Positions 13,600-27,430 of a stretch of DNA of 64,000 nucleotides are shown here, piece by piece. The position numbers and the translations under genes are program-made. The notes under the pieces were generated by a model. That model searched no databases, was not told the origin of the DNA, and saw only the letters and a program-made list of their open reading frames with translations. Location: NCBI RefSeq assembly GCF_006345805.1, contig NC_043017.1:17980001-18044000 (forward strand). Reading direction: 5' to 3'. This DNA is from Octopus sinensis. Its lineage: Eukaryota. Each line of letters opens with the position of its first letter. The first letter of the stretch is position 1.

Positions 13600-15060
13600 G
13601 GGGGTTATGTATGTATACATACATACATGATGGCTGTCATCTGACTAAAGAAGACCATCACACTGATCATTTCCCACGCAATATGACAATGCTTTTGTAT
13701 GAGGTTATCATAGCTGCAGTTGGCTTCACCCAGTCTTGTGTCCAAGGCTTCCATGCTCACTATGGTGTCCTCCTACTCAACCAGGCATCAGCAAGTCCCC
13801 TCGCCAGCAATTGCACAGCCTAAAATTTTAGGTTCAATAATGCTCACACCACGCCTCACAGATGCTCTCCATCCTACTCACATACAAGCCAGGGAAAGAT
13901 ATTCAGTGCCAATATGGGTTGCAGGCTGAGGAATGTGGGAGCACTATGATCTCAAGTGCAAGCAACAGTGGTTATCCTGGAAATCGGAGTTGTTGAAGTG
14001 GAAGATGCAGCCTAGCTTTGAAAAGCAGATGACAACAATGACATCAACATGGCTAAGTTGGACACAGTGCTGAAGGAGGTGAATCTGGCTCTGAGATGGG
14101 GGCTGCACTCCATCAAAATCTGAACCAATTCGGCTACTGTGCTTGGGTGGGTAGGACCAGTGATCACCAATGAAAAGAGAGTTCAAACCAAAGAGGCTGC
14201 AGAAATGTTAGTAAAGTACCACCTGGGGGTTCTTGGGGAACTAGCGACCAAACTTTGTTTGAAGCTGAAAGTGATTTTTGTGCCCTCAGAGAGGAATAAG
14301 GCTGACATTCTAACCAGGGTGAAAAAGATCTGGTTGGCAGTGCCAGAAGATTCAGAGTAGGGAATAGCTGCAGTATGTCAGTAGGTGACTCAGAACTAAG
14401 GGGACTATATGTCATGCATCATATGGGCGTGAATAGAACCCTGTGTCTTTCCATTCAAAAGGTGGACGGGGACTGTAATAGGTGTGCACGAGCCAGGAAA
14501 CATCTCACTGGTGCACAACTGGAGACGATTGGTGGTGGATGTGACACACTACTGACAGGGGACATATCTCTCAAGGGTCAACAGCAGACTGAGTTGGATG
14601 ACCATATGGAGGAAAATGAAAACAGGTACTGCAGATGAGGCTGCATCTATCCTGAATGATGTATTCCTGGAACGGGATCCCGTGGATGAATTACTGATGG
14701 ACAATGACACCACATTTCATTGAGAGATGCTGAAGGAGATGCTTGATAAGTGGAACATGCTCTACTTCTTCAGAGTGGCATTACAGGCTGAGAGGAAATG
14801 GGATCATGGAAAGACACCATTGCACAATCAAGGCCATGGTGGAGAGGGGACACATCTCACCACTGGAAGCAGTATTCTGGTACAATATATCACCCTGATC
14901 AGGACAGGCAGAGGAGTCCATGCCACACAGAGTGATATTCAGGTGTGAATAGCAGCATCCATGTACATCACAACATGCTGTGGAAGAGAGAGAGAGCCTG
15001 TCTTTGTGCAGGTAGGAGAGGAAGTCTAAGTCAAGCCCCCAAAAGCATGCTGCACACATA
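13600..15060 (+). mobile_element. Decayed Ty3/Gypsy-like LTR retrotransposon pol fragment
   Basis: RNase H-like VPSERNKADILTR, integrase zinc-finger remnant HHMGVNRTL and core DNDTTF. Confidence 0.7.
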
Positions 15061-15529
15061 GCAATTCAGCAAAAGAGGAAAATAGAATAAGTACTAGGCT
15101 TAGAAAAAAAGAAGTATTAGGGTCGAATCATCTGACTAAAAATTCTTCAAGGTGTTACCCCAGCATGGCCACAGTCTAATGACTGAAATAAGTAAACGAT
15201 AAAAGAAAGATATGTATCAGTGTGTGTTAGTGTTGTACTTAAAATTTTTTAATACAACTTGTACTACAGGATGTGTTCATCAGCTATTGACTTGAAATCC
15301 CCACACAGATACACACATGTACACACAAATATACACACATATCTATCTGTCCATCTGTCTATCAATTAATTTAGACAGACAGACAGATAGATAGATACAT
15401 ACATGAGAGAGAAAAAGAAAGAGAAAAGGACAAAAGCAATGAGAGAATTAGTAGTACAAAAGTACCAACCACGGTAGTTGTGTTTGGTCTTCATTTTTTT
15501 TTACCTTTCTGGTATTTTCTTAAATATTA

Positions 15530-15740
15530 ATGTTGTCTTTCAAACAAAAGCCATTATCATCATCATCACTCTTATTATCGCCATCAACATCATCATTGTC
15601 ATGTTTACCATCATTTTTGACACCATCAACATCATTTATATCATCATCATCATAATTGCCACCACCACCACCATCATTGTCACATCCACCATCATCATCA
15701 TCATTGCCAACTTTCTTTCCATTGCCATATTTAATCATGA
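15530..15740. repeat. Degenerate (CAT/CAC)n trinucleotide tract; similar tracts at 4020-4140 and 9130-9335
   Basis: Directly visible; it produces spurious poly-I/D/G ORFs. Confidence 0.9.
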
Positions 15741-15994
15741 TTAGCAGTGATTATGGGCAAGTGGAGGAGGTTAATCTATTATAGTTCCAGAATTAACCAG
15801 AGTTGAATGCCATTTCCATTTCTCCTTGGTCAATAATCAATGAAACGTGTGTCAATATACTTCAAAAATGAAGCCTTTACCACAAAGCAAAATGGAATTA
15901 TTACTTATGAAAAGTATTATTATTATTCATATACTCACAACAGATTAAATTGTTGGAAAAAAAAATTCCTAACATCAGGCAACAATAAGTAACC

Positions 15995-16625
15995 TTAAAC
16001 GCCAAGAACCATCCTAAGTATCCTAGCTGTCACTAATAACACTGTTTTCTGGAGCTGTACTAAATTGGGTTTTATGCCTATTTCTTCTATCCATCTGTTC
16101 AAATCTGTAGTGATAGTTCCTAATGCACCTATAACTCCTGGGATACATTTTACCCGCACTTTCCATAGTCTCTGTAATTCAATAGCTAGGTCCTGGTACA
16201 TTGCTATTTTTTTATATACCTCTCATATTTATTTTCTCATCATTTGGGACTGTAAAGTAAATTATCTGGCACTTTCTTTCCTTTTTATCTACTACTGCTT
16301 AATCAAGCCTTTTAGTTTCTATTACTCTGTCAGTCTGAATGTTAAAGTCCCACAACATCTTGTATTATTACTTTATACTACTTTACTAAACTCATGTTCA
16401 TACCATTTATCAGTATGGTCAAATCCTAGCTTTCTACATAACTCCCATTGGATTAATCTCCCTAGGTTATCAAGTCTTTTCTTGTATTCTTTCTGTGCCA
16501 GCGTGCTACATTCACTTAGTATACGAGTAACACTTTCTGCTTTTGAGTTGTATAACCTACATTAGGAACCTACTTGGTTTTTGTCTATCTTGGCTTTTAT
16601 CCAATTAGTCCTTAATGCTTGGTCT
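15995..16625 (-). mobile_element. RLE-type (R4/Dong-like) LINE 3' fragment
   Basis: YQDLAIELQRLW...IPGVIGALG...LQKTVLL C-terminal signature. Confidence 0.82.
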
Positions 16626-16629
16626 TGTG

Positions 16630-17020
16630 CTGCATATTAGAAACAAACTTCCCTGCCTCCCATAAGTATAATGAAATATTTTCTCGTAAAACAGTTAGAA
16701 TATCATACTCTACTCTTCCAAATATAAGTACCATAATAGCTAAACAATCATAATTCAACTTTTAGACTTAAACATAATGCAAGTTGCACAACACTATCTA
16801 ATAAAATTTGGAAGTTAAAAGGAAATAATATTAGATTTAGCCTTAAATGGGACATAGTAAGAAAGGCACAGCCTTATAAAAATAGTACGGATGGATGTGA
16901 ACTTTGCTCTATGGAGATATATAAAATTTTGAAACATAGGGATAATGTAAACTTATTAAATAACCGGTTTGAACTAGGAGTATCGTGCATTCATTGTACT
17001 ACCCATACCTTTAAATATTT
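16630..17020 (+). mobile_element. Penelope-like element GIY-YIG C-terminal remnant
   Basis: ISYSTLPNI..., LSNKIWKLK...WDIVRKAQPY...CELC...LLNNRFELGVSCIH. Confidence 0.78.
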
Positions 17021-18895
17021 TTTAAAATAGCATTTTTGTTATTCCTAAATTTTAGATCTTGATGTTTTTTAAAATCCAATAAGGAAATAATACACTCTAC
17101 TATTTTTTATTTAATCAGCAATGTATTATCAGTAAATTTAAATAACAAAGTAAAATCAATGATAAGCAGTGTCTTCCTGTGAAAAAAATATGATATTGTT
17201 GATGAAACTTGTTCTTTGTCTACCTACTTCCCCTCTTTGTGATTTTGGTTAATGGAATAACTATAAAAATGAATCTTTTGAATTCAACTAAATTTTATAT
17301 TTTTATGCAGCTGAAGATTGCTCTACATTTTAAAACTGATGTAATACTTGCATTGTTCAATTAAATGGAGTTGCATGAAATGATTGTAATGCATTACCTC
17401 TGGATATCCTTGTTGCTTATTTTGATATATATATATATATATATATATACTAGCTTATATGAGTGTGCGCTTAGATGTACATCCACACACATAAGCTAGC
17501 TCCTCTGGAGGGTTCTTCATTGGGCCTTGGGCCCAACAATCACACTTCATGCATTAAGTGCATATTAAATTTTATTAAGCTTGACCAAGTTGCTCTGGCA
17601 CTCAATCACTACCTCCTTTATCTCACCTTGTCCTATCCACCCTTATTTATAATGTGTAGTAGCCATGTATCCCTTACGTAGCAAAATACCTGTGCTTTTC
17701 CCTCTATCATACTTTACCTTTTCAACACTTGCTATAAAGCCACCTCCCCCTCTCAAATACTACCCACTCCAACATAGTTGTAGGAGCTTCTTCCTTTTTC
17801 TTTTTCCCTTTTTTCCTGTTCTTACTTGGCAACCTCACTAGTGGTGGTGGAATAAAACACACACCCAGTACACACTGTAATATGGTTGGTATTAGGAAGA
17901 GCATCCAACAATAGAAACCATATCAAAGCTGATGCTAGAACTTAGTGCAGCTTGCCAAATCCTGTCGAACTGTCCAACCAATACTAGCATGGAAAATATC
18001 AAAAATATGCCTCCGTCTCTCTCTCTCTCTCTCTGGGTAATTATTATTACATTTTCTCTAGGTTTCAGCTCTCGTCCCCATATTCTCACACTCTCCTTCC
18101 CCACTTCCACCAAATAATCAATCAATCAATCAGTCAATGAATGAATTCCTAGAGTTTCTACTAATCAAAAATAAAAAAATCCATGTTATTCTTATTTCTC
18201 TTTTCATTCACACAATATATTTTATTTTCATATTTTTGTTAGTTTTACACTAACAACAACAATAAAAGATAATAATATAAAATACTACCAAAAATACTAA
18301 TTCATTGTTACAGTGTGTGTTTCTTTCTTTTTTCTCTTTCTTTCTCTCTTTCTCTCTCTCCCTCTCTCTTTCCATCATACCTTTCCTATTAAATCCTTTT
18401 TCAGTCATTTTTTTCCCCCATCAATGACTTGAAGGAAAATTGTTAGAAGTACCAAAAATATATTTTATTAAAAACCAAACTGGTCCAAATGCTTCATTAA
18501 GTTATGTTATACAAATGGTGAGGGAAGAATGAGGGGGTGAGGGACAGTTAAAATAAAAGATAAAAAATGTTACTGGACTCGGCTCCCATACTTTCCCCAC
18601 ATCCTGTTGATGTTGTTATTAGATGAACTCATAGAAAAGAATTGGAGAAAACATGACACCACATACACATAAACACTTAAGTACAGATGCAAGCACATTT
18701 ATATAATAAGCATATATATAGTCGTTGGAGTGGCTGTGTGGTAAGTAGCTTGCTTACGAACCACATGGTTCCAGGTTCAGTCCCACTGTGTGGCACCTTG
18801 GGCAAGTGTCTTCTACTATAGCCTTGGGCCAACCAACCGACCAAAGCCTTGTGAGTGGATTTGGTAGATGAAAACTGAAAGAAGCCCGTCGTATG

Positions 18896-18947
<52 letters not shown>

Positions 18948-19500
18948 GTGTGTGTGTGTGTGTGTGTGTGTGTATGTTTGTGTGTTTGTCACCCCCAACA
19001 TCACTTGACAACCGATGCTGGTGTGTTTACGTCCCCGTAACTTAGCGGTTCGGCAAAAGAGACCGATAGAATAAGTACTAGGCTTACGAAGAATAAGTCC
19101 TTTTGCAATCTCAAGAACTTACCCACCCATCCATCCTCTCCAATGCCCTGCACTCTTCACTATATACACCTCCCTGAGACTCGGGTAAATGACACCCAGC
19201 CTTACCCCCTCATCACATCTTCATCTCATTTTCCTCTTCTCTCCACCTGAGGTGCCAATGTTTCTCCTCTCATGCATGATTCCTTTTTCTCTCCTTCAAT
19301 ATAATACTTCCCCTAGATGGAGGGATCTTGTCTTGTAAGCTACTTGGTAATCTTATTGCAGTATGTGCCATATGAAAAATGGTTGGGACATCCAGCCGTA
19401 GAAACCTTGCCAAAGTAGACAGCAGGGTTTAGTGCAGTCTTTTGTCCTATTGGTTCCTCTCGAATCATCCAACCCACACCAGGATGGGAAACAGGTGTTA

Positions 19501-20280
19501 AATGATGAGGAGGAGGTGTGTATATGTGTGAGTGGGTGTATGTTTGTTTCTCTTTGTCTTGACATTGCATGATTGTTGTGAATGAAGGTCACTCATATCC
19601 AATCTCCCATGAAATCATGTCTGGCCATAGTGAAATATTATCTTGCTGGGAAACAGATAAGGTAAGAGTTGGCAACAGGATAGGTATTTAGCCACAGAAA
19701 ATCTGCCTCAATAACCTTAATTCAACCCATAGAAGCCTGCAAAAATCAAAATTTAAAACGATGATGATGATGAAGAGAGAGACAGATGTTTGTGTGATAT
19801 GTATGCACTGACTGACACAGCTTCAGATATCATTCTTTGGTAAGTAAATCTAAAAGAATTGAATACATTTGGAAATTAGTATTATTTTCTTTTGAATTTT
19901 TTTCATTGATTATCAATAAAGTAATTGAGATTATATTACATCAGACACAGAAGCATTCACGTACACACAAGTAAGATCTCTTCTGTGTCTGATGTAATAT
20001 ATATACTTTTTACTCTTTACTTGTTTCAGTCATTTGACTGTGGCTATGCTGGAGCACTATCTTTAGTTGAGCAAATCGACCCCAGGACTTATTCTTTGTA
20101 AGCCTAGTACTTATTCTATCGGTCTCTTTTGCCGAACCGCTAAGTTACAGGAACATAAACACTGTTTTCTTCCTCCTCTCCATACTTAATATTTTCTGAT
20201 TTTTCCATCTCTTTCTTTCACCTGTAACAACTAAGTTGTATAAGCATACATCAGGAGATTTTATGCACATGCATGTGTGC

Positions 20281-20330
<50 letters not shown>

Positions 20331-20730
20331 ATTGCCAGATTAGACTGGAGCCTGGTGCAGCCTTCTGGCTTCCCAGAACCCCGGTCGAACCGTCCAACCC
20401 ATGCTAGCATGGAGAACGGACGTTAAACGACGATGATGATGATGATATATATATATATATGTATTTGTATATATTGTATATATATATACAAATGATGAGG
20501 AGGATGTGTGTATATGTGTGGGTGGGTGTATGTTTGTTTCTCTTTGTCTTGACATTGCATGATTGTTGTGAATGAAGGTCACTCATTTCCAATCTCCCAT
20601 GAAATCATGTCTGGCCATAGCGAAATATTACCTTGCTTGGAAACAGATAAGGTAAGAGTTGGCAATAGGAAAGGTATTTAGCCATAGAAAATCTGCCTCA
20701 ATAACCTTAATTCAACCCATAGAAGCCTGC
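19501..20730. repeat. Local direct duplication: 19501-19750 and 20491-20730
   Basis: Two near-identical ~240-bp blocks 990 bp apart. Confidence 0.9.
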
Positions 20731-21059
20731 AAAAATCAAAGCTATGTACATGCGTCTATATGTTTTAGTGTATATATGTATATTATAGATGGCCTGGTAT
20801 GTGCATATATTACTAAATCTATATGTAATTCAATGGGAAAATGTTTAAAAACGGATATAACTTTTAATGTAGTAATTGATCAATATTTTACAAATAATTA
20901 TTTAACCTATATATTTAGACTCTGTCCTTCTTTATAAACTATTTTCGATTTAAGGTCTTCTTCGATTTTATACTGAATTTTGTCTATTGCATGCAACTGG
21001 TCATTGTAAAAACCATTAGTTGGAAGGACCAATGAAACAAAAACCATTTTCAAATGTAT

Positions 21060-22245
21060 TAAACTTGGTCACCTAAGTAACAGAAGCTATCTATTTCTTC
21101 TAAGGATCCCCCAGGCATGAAGTTGTCTATTTCCTGTACATTTTAAAGTTTTATTATACCTGTACATCTGCCACACACAAATACTATTTTCTCAGTTAAC
21201 CTTCCTCTGACACCACTGGGTACATTGTATGGAGTTTCTGCCTACACCATTGCTACATATTGCGCAGGGCCATTTCCCTGAAGGGATTAGTAATTTATCA
21301 GCCTTCCTACTGACTAGGACTTTGGTCTTTACTAAATTAACTCTAAGACCCTTTGGCTCCAGTCCTCCCTTCCACACCTGAAATTTCTTCCCTAATTCTA
21401 GTAGAGATTCAGACATAAGAACAAGGTTATCAGCATAGAGAAGCTTCCAAAGGCAACCAGTCTTAAATTCCTTTGTTATGTTCTGGAGGAACAAAAGCAT
21501 TGATGAATTTCTACCTCTAGATTAAATTCTATATTCAGTACCTTACTAATAGCATCCCTGTACATGACTTGTATGGCTCTTATCAATCACTCACCTATCC
21601 CTAGCTTTTGCATTGATCACTAGATAAAGCAGTAGGGGTCTCTGTCAAAGCTTTCTACATGTCGGCAAAAGCCAAGTACAGAGGTTTATTTTTTTACTAA
21701 ATACTTCTCCTGCAATTGCCTTATCAAGAAGATAGCACCAGTAGTGTTTCTCCTTAGCACAATGCTCTGAAAGCAAAGAAGCTAGAATATGAACAGGTTG
21801 GAGAAAGTTCAAAGAGCTACTACCTTTTTTGTTCACTCTCCATCAGAGTGAAAAACAGATTTTATGATGCATGTACACATGCAGCCATACTACATGGCAT
21901 ACGCTACACAGTCAGAGACTGTGACTACAGAGGTCATGCAAAGGCTTTAAAGAAATGAAACCACCATGCTCCACTGGTTGTGTAATATCAGTGTGCATGT
22001 ACAATAGAGTGTAAATGTTTTAAGATTGGGTATTAGGGAGAAGACTGTGCTGGTATGGTCATGGGATGCATACGGATGAGGACAGCTACAGTTGTGGAGG
22101 GAACTTATAGAAGAGGAAGACACAGGAGGATGTGGGATGAAGTGCTGAGAAATGATCTTCAGATGTTGAGCCTCACAAAGATAACAAGGGACTGAGGCTT
22201 TTGGCGATATGCTGTGCTTCAGAGGACATGTCAAGCTAAGTAAAA
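21060..22245. mobile_element. RTE-clade LINE fragment with 5' inversion
   Basis: 21840 to 21060 on the minus strand encodes the RT core (AIFLIRQLQEKYL, LLYADNLVL, FCYLGDQV). 21841-22245 on the plus strand encodes the downstream RVKNRFYDAC region. Confidence 0.85.
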
Positions 22246-22414
22246 CTGTGGCTATCTATACATACAGGAATGTCATTTGTGGCCATGCTCTCTCTCTCTC
22301 AAACACATGCGCATGCATGCACACAGTCTGAAGTATTTAAAAAATAAAAATGCATTAAAGATAGAAGATGAGATATGAAGATGATGAAAGATTTTTATTC
22401 TGTAAAATGGAGAT

Positions 22415-22720
22415 GTGTGTTTGTTCCTTCTCGAGCCATGCCTGGCTCATAAGGGCCGGTTTCTCAGTTTCTTGGCGTATAGGTTCCCCACCTGGACAGG
22501 ATGCCAGTCCGTCGCAGGTGAGCTGCAAGATGCTGGAGGAAAGAGTGAGAGAAAGTTGTGGCGAAAGAGTCAGCAGAAGTTCGCCATTACCTTCTGCCGG
22601 AGCCGCGTGGAGCTTAGGTGTTTTGCTCATAAACACACACATCGCCCGGTCTGAGATTCGAACCCGCAATCTCTCGACCGCGAGTCCGCTGCTCTAACCA
22701 CTAGGCCATGTGCCTCCACA
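22415..22720 (-). mobile_element. tRNA-derived SINE with V-domain-like core
   Basis: A box TGGCCTAGTGG, B box GGTTCGAATC, core CTGCGACGGACTGGCATCCTGTCCAGG; 13-bp TSD GTAAAATGGAGAT. Confidence 0.9.
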
Positions 22721-23519
22721 GTAAAATGGAGATACAAAACAACATGTCAAAAAATAAATATAATAATTAGAAATATCAATTTCAAATTTTGGTACAAGGC
22801 CAGTAATTCCGGAGGAGGGGATAAGACAATTACATTGACCCCAGTGTTCAACTGGTACTTATCTTATCGACCTTGAAAGGATGAAAGGCAAAGTCAACCT
22901 TGATGGAATCTGAACTCAATTTAAAGCTGGAAGAAATGCTTCTAAATATTTTGCTTGGTATGCTAATGATTCTGCCAACTCACCACCTTAATTATTAGAA
23001 ATATCAATGAAAAGAAAGAATATTAATAGAATGAACTAAAATAAAATCCATCATTGGATGGAGACTTTCCAATAATTGAAAATTAATTAATCCACAGAAA
23101 AGACCATCACAAAAGTGAATGAGAACTCATTTTGTGTGTGTGTGTGGATAGATAGATAGGTAAAGAGAGAGAGAGAGTGAGACAGACAGATATATATATA
23201 TGTATGAATATAAAAAGATAGATAGATAGATAGATAGATAGACAAAAAGACAGATAGATAGATTTATATATATTGTAGTATATATCAAATTGAAAAGTAC
23301 TGGTAACAAAAGATTTCTAATAAAAATGTCCTTTAATTATGACTCACTGCTTTATAATGTCACTCTTTCATTATCTGAAAGTCATATCCACACCTTGTCT
23401 AATGTTATTGTTAACAAATGGTATATTCGTTTAAACTGTGATGTAGATGAAAGCAACTTGTCCCAGTTGTTAGTATCTTGCAATATTCACTATCTTATTG
23501 CTTTGAGTTCAAATACTGT

Positions 23520-24210
23520 CTGATCTGGCAGTGTTTCTACAGCTGGATGCCCTTCCTAACACCAACCACTCTGTGAGTGTAGTGTGTGCCTTTTACATGC
23601 CACCGGCACAGGGGCCAGAGGAGGCTGGTGCTTTTTACGTGTCACCAGCACAGATGCCAGTCAAGGTGGCGCTGGCATCGGCCACGTTCGGATGATGCTT
23701 TTTACGTGCCACTGGCACAGGTATCACAACTACAATTTCCATTTGATTTTTATTTTGATGTTGATGCACTTGACTCAATAGGTCTCCTCAAGCACAGCAG
23801 GTCACCCTACGATCCTAGGTAAGCACAGCAGGCCGTCCTGTGAGCCATGAACTCACTTCATTTGTCAGGTCTTCGCAGTCACAGCATATCTCCAGAGATC
23901 TCGGTCTTTCATCATTGCCTCTATGAGGCCCAATGATCAATGGTCATGCTTGACCACCTCATCCCATATCTTCCTGGATCTACCTCTACCCCGGATTCTT
24001 TCAACTGTTTGGGAGTGGCACTTCACACATCTTTCCTCATCCATCCATAGTACATGACCATACCAACACAAACGTCTCTCCTGCATGCCACATCCGATGC
24101 TTCTTATGTCCAACATTTCTCTCAGGGTGCTTACACTCTGTTGTGCATGCACACTGACATTGCACATCCAGCGGATCATGCTAGCTTCATTTCTTTCAAG
24201 CCTACGCATC
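23520..24210 (-). mobile_element. RTE LINE 3' end (ORF2 C-terminus plus 3'UTR)
   Basis: ORF 23937..24215 (RRL.WYGHV..M, GRGRSRKIW) is contiguous with the abundant 3'UTR repeat. Confidence 0.88.
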
Positions 24211-24239
24211 GACATTATCTACGATTTTAGAGGTATAAG

Positions 24240-25717
24240 GATATAACAGTAGGAATACTACTAAGCCCTTCATTGCACAATGAAGGCTTTAAATTGTATT
24301 GAAAAAGTTTACTCTAGAATTAGAGTAACAAGATTTAATAGTAATCCAAAACCTACAATCATTTTATGTTATAGTCCAACAAATGTCTCACTTGAGGATG
24401 TGACTGAATTCTATGAGAGCTTTTCAAATTTAACTAGAGACATACCCCAACATAATCTCACAATAGTTGTTGGGGATATGAAGGCAAACCATGGACAAGA
24501 TCTTATGTACAGATACACACCATATCCACTTACAAGAAGAAATGGAAACTACCTACAGGAATATATAAAAGAGAATGGACTTATTTACCTATTTCTTTAC
24601 TACCCACAAGGGGTTAAACACAGAGAGGACAAACGGATTAAGTCGATTATATTGACCCCAGTGCATAATTGGTACATATTTAATCGACCCCGAAAGGATG
24701 AAAGGCAAAGTCGACCTCGGCAGAATTTGAACTCAGAACGTAGTGGCAGGCGAAATACCACTAAGCATTTTTCCCGGTGTGCTAACGTTTCTGCCAGCTC
24801 GCCACCTTGGTAAATGGACTTATTTACCTAAACACAAAATTTCAGAAAAGAAAATGAAAACTCCTAACACATTCAGTCCCAATGGTACCAAAGCACAGCT
24901 AGATTTTATGCCTATAAACAGTAAATGGATTAATAGTGCTATAAACTGTGAGATTTACAACTTTTGCTGTAATTTCACCTCTGACCATAAAATACTCACA
25001 GCAAAGATTTGGCTAGCATTCATAAAAATATAACCAGAAAACAACTGCAAAAACTATGATTGGGCTGCCCTAAGGAATCCAGATATTCACAACAGATAAG
25101 CCATGTCAGCAAGAAATAGCTTTAGCTCTCTCTCCTCCAAATACCCTATGATGTAACACCAAACAAAAAAAAAATACGAGACTCATTAAAACATAAAAAT
25201 GCTGCAGAAGAACATATTCCAAAAAAACCTAAAATAAGAAAACATTCAATGGGAAAAGCCAAGAGATGAGACAAACACTTAAAGAAACTGCAGAATTAAA
25301 GAATAAAGTACCCACAAAAAGTGATACAAAACATTAAGCAATTCAAAAATAATTTATTCAGCAGAAAAAAAATCAAACTAGTTCAATCCTCAATCAAAAA
25401 TAATCAATCTGCATCAGCCTGGAAAACCATTAATGAAATCAGTGGATAAAAAATCCAATCAAGTCAAAACTCTAAGCAAACAAGTGAAAAAAAAATCTCT
25501 TCCAAAGTCTCCCTGGCAAACTTCCAGATTTAGTTGATACAACAAATATCAGAACAAATCAATATCAAATGTGGAAACTTTACAAATGCTTCACTGGAAA
25601 CTGTTCTGAAAGCATTGAAATCGAACATCGAACAGAGTACCTGCCTTGATGACATACCACCGTAGGTATGGAAAACCAAACAATTTAATCATATCCTCTT
25701 GAAGTTCTGCAGTGATG

Positions 25718-25748
<31 letters not shown>

Positions 25749-26535
25749 TTAACGTCCGCTTTCCATGCTAGCATGGGTTGGACGGTTCAACTGGTGTCTG
25801 GGGAGCCCGAAGGCTGCACCAGGCCAGTCAGATCTGGCAGTGTTTCTACAGCTGGATGCCCTTCCTAACGCCAACCACTCCGAGAGTGTAGTGGGTGATT
25901 TTATGTGCCACCGACACAGGTGCCAGACGAGGCTGGCGAACGGCCACGCTTGGATGGTGTTTTTATGTGCCACCGACACAGGTGCCAGACAAGGCTGGCA
26001 GACGACCACGAATCAAAACAATATATGAGAGGTGTTCATTAAAGATTTCCCCTGACCTACTTTCGGTTATTGCAAGAAACGGAACTTGTGCATGTATAAT
26101 CATATATGTCTCTACATGCCACATTGTAAATTGCTGCTTTCCACTTGTATTCGTTTGTCTTTTACGACTGCTGAAGTGGACTAAGGTGTTACAATAGAGG
26201 CAGATGAATGCAGATCAGTGACCAAATCTCTTGTGGAAGCGTCATCCAACCAAAGTACAAGTATATGGGAAATTAACACCTGTATCATCTCTTGTGAAAG
26301 GTAGAAGAGTCCAGTTTGCTGGACATTGTTGTAGAGCTGAAAACGAGGTAATTTCTACTCTTCTCCTCTGGAAGCCATCTGCTCACGATACCAGAGGGCA
26401 CACACTCTCCTATCCTGATGTAATCTCCAGGGATACAGGCATCCAGCAACAGGACCTCCGTAATGCTATGATGGACCGTGAAGTCTGGGGTAACATAGTA
26501 AATTCCATTGTCTCAACTATAGTCAAACAATGAAA
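24240..26535 (+). mobile_element. Decayed APE-type LINE (RTE/RTEX-like) with nested SINE and RTE-tail insertions
   Basis: Endonuclease motifs TIILCYSPTN, VGDM and QLDF; C-terminal RRVQFAGHCCRA...MMDREVW. The SINE at about 24591-24812 is flanked by a duplicated AATGGACTTATTTACCTA. Confidence 0.8.
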
Positions 26536-26539
26536 TGAA

Positions 26540-27430
26540 TATACTTGAAAGGTTACACCAAGAGAGACTTTTGGTGAGATGAAAGTTTATGGTGATGACA
26601 TACCATTATATGATGTTGTCAAGCACTGGCATTACCAGTTCAAATGTGGTTGGACATCAGTGGAAACTGCTCCTATTTCTAGTCAACCACATTTAGCCAT
26701 TGATGATGACACTATCCATAAAATGGAAGCTGCCATTTTGAAGGATCGCCACATAACTATTTGGCAGCAAACCCAAGAAGTGAAGATAAGTGTTGGGTTC
26801 TATGGAAAAAATCATTCATAGCCATTTGCACATGCAGAAGTTGTCTGCACGATGGATTTCACAGATGCTCACACCTTTTCAGAAGCAGGAATGAGTCAAT
26901 TGCTCCCAGGCTCTTTTGGCAATGTGCTAAGAAAATGAGGAGGACTTTTTCGGCAGACATATCACACAGGATGAAACAAGAGTCCATCACTATAAACTAG
27001 TCGAAGCAATGGAGGCATGATAACTCACCACCTCGGAAGAAGGCCCATATCCAACCCTCAGCAGGCAAGGTGATGCTCACAGTCTTTTGGAAATAGCATG
27101 GATTAGTGATGTTGGATTTTCTTGCAAAAGGTACCAAAATTGATGGAGAATATTATGCTTCTCTGCTGCACAAATTGCAGGACACCATGAAAGCAGAGAG
27201 GCATGGCATGCTGACCAAAGGAGTCTGCCTCCTCCGAGACAACATCCCAGTTCACAATATGCAGGTTGCCCAAATGAAAGCACAATCCTGTGGCTATGAA
27301 GTCCTTCCTCATCCCCCTTACTCTCCTGACCTTGCACTATCTGACTTCCACCATTTTCCAACCATGAGGTCTTTTTTGAAGGGGAAACACTTTTCAGATG
27401 ATGATTTTAATGATGTGTTTGTATACTTTT
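26540..27430 (+). mobile_element. Decayed mariner transposase
   Basis: GKVMLTVFW..., HPPYSPDLALSDFH; stops and frameshifts. Confidence 0.9.

Noticed and set aside
15478-15744. Poly-Ile, poly-Asp/Gly and YIYIYI-type ORFs across the window
   Set aside because: Translations of microsatellites.
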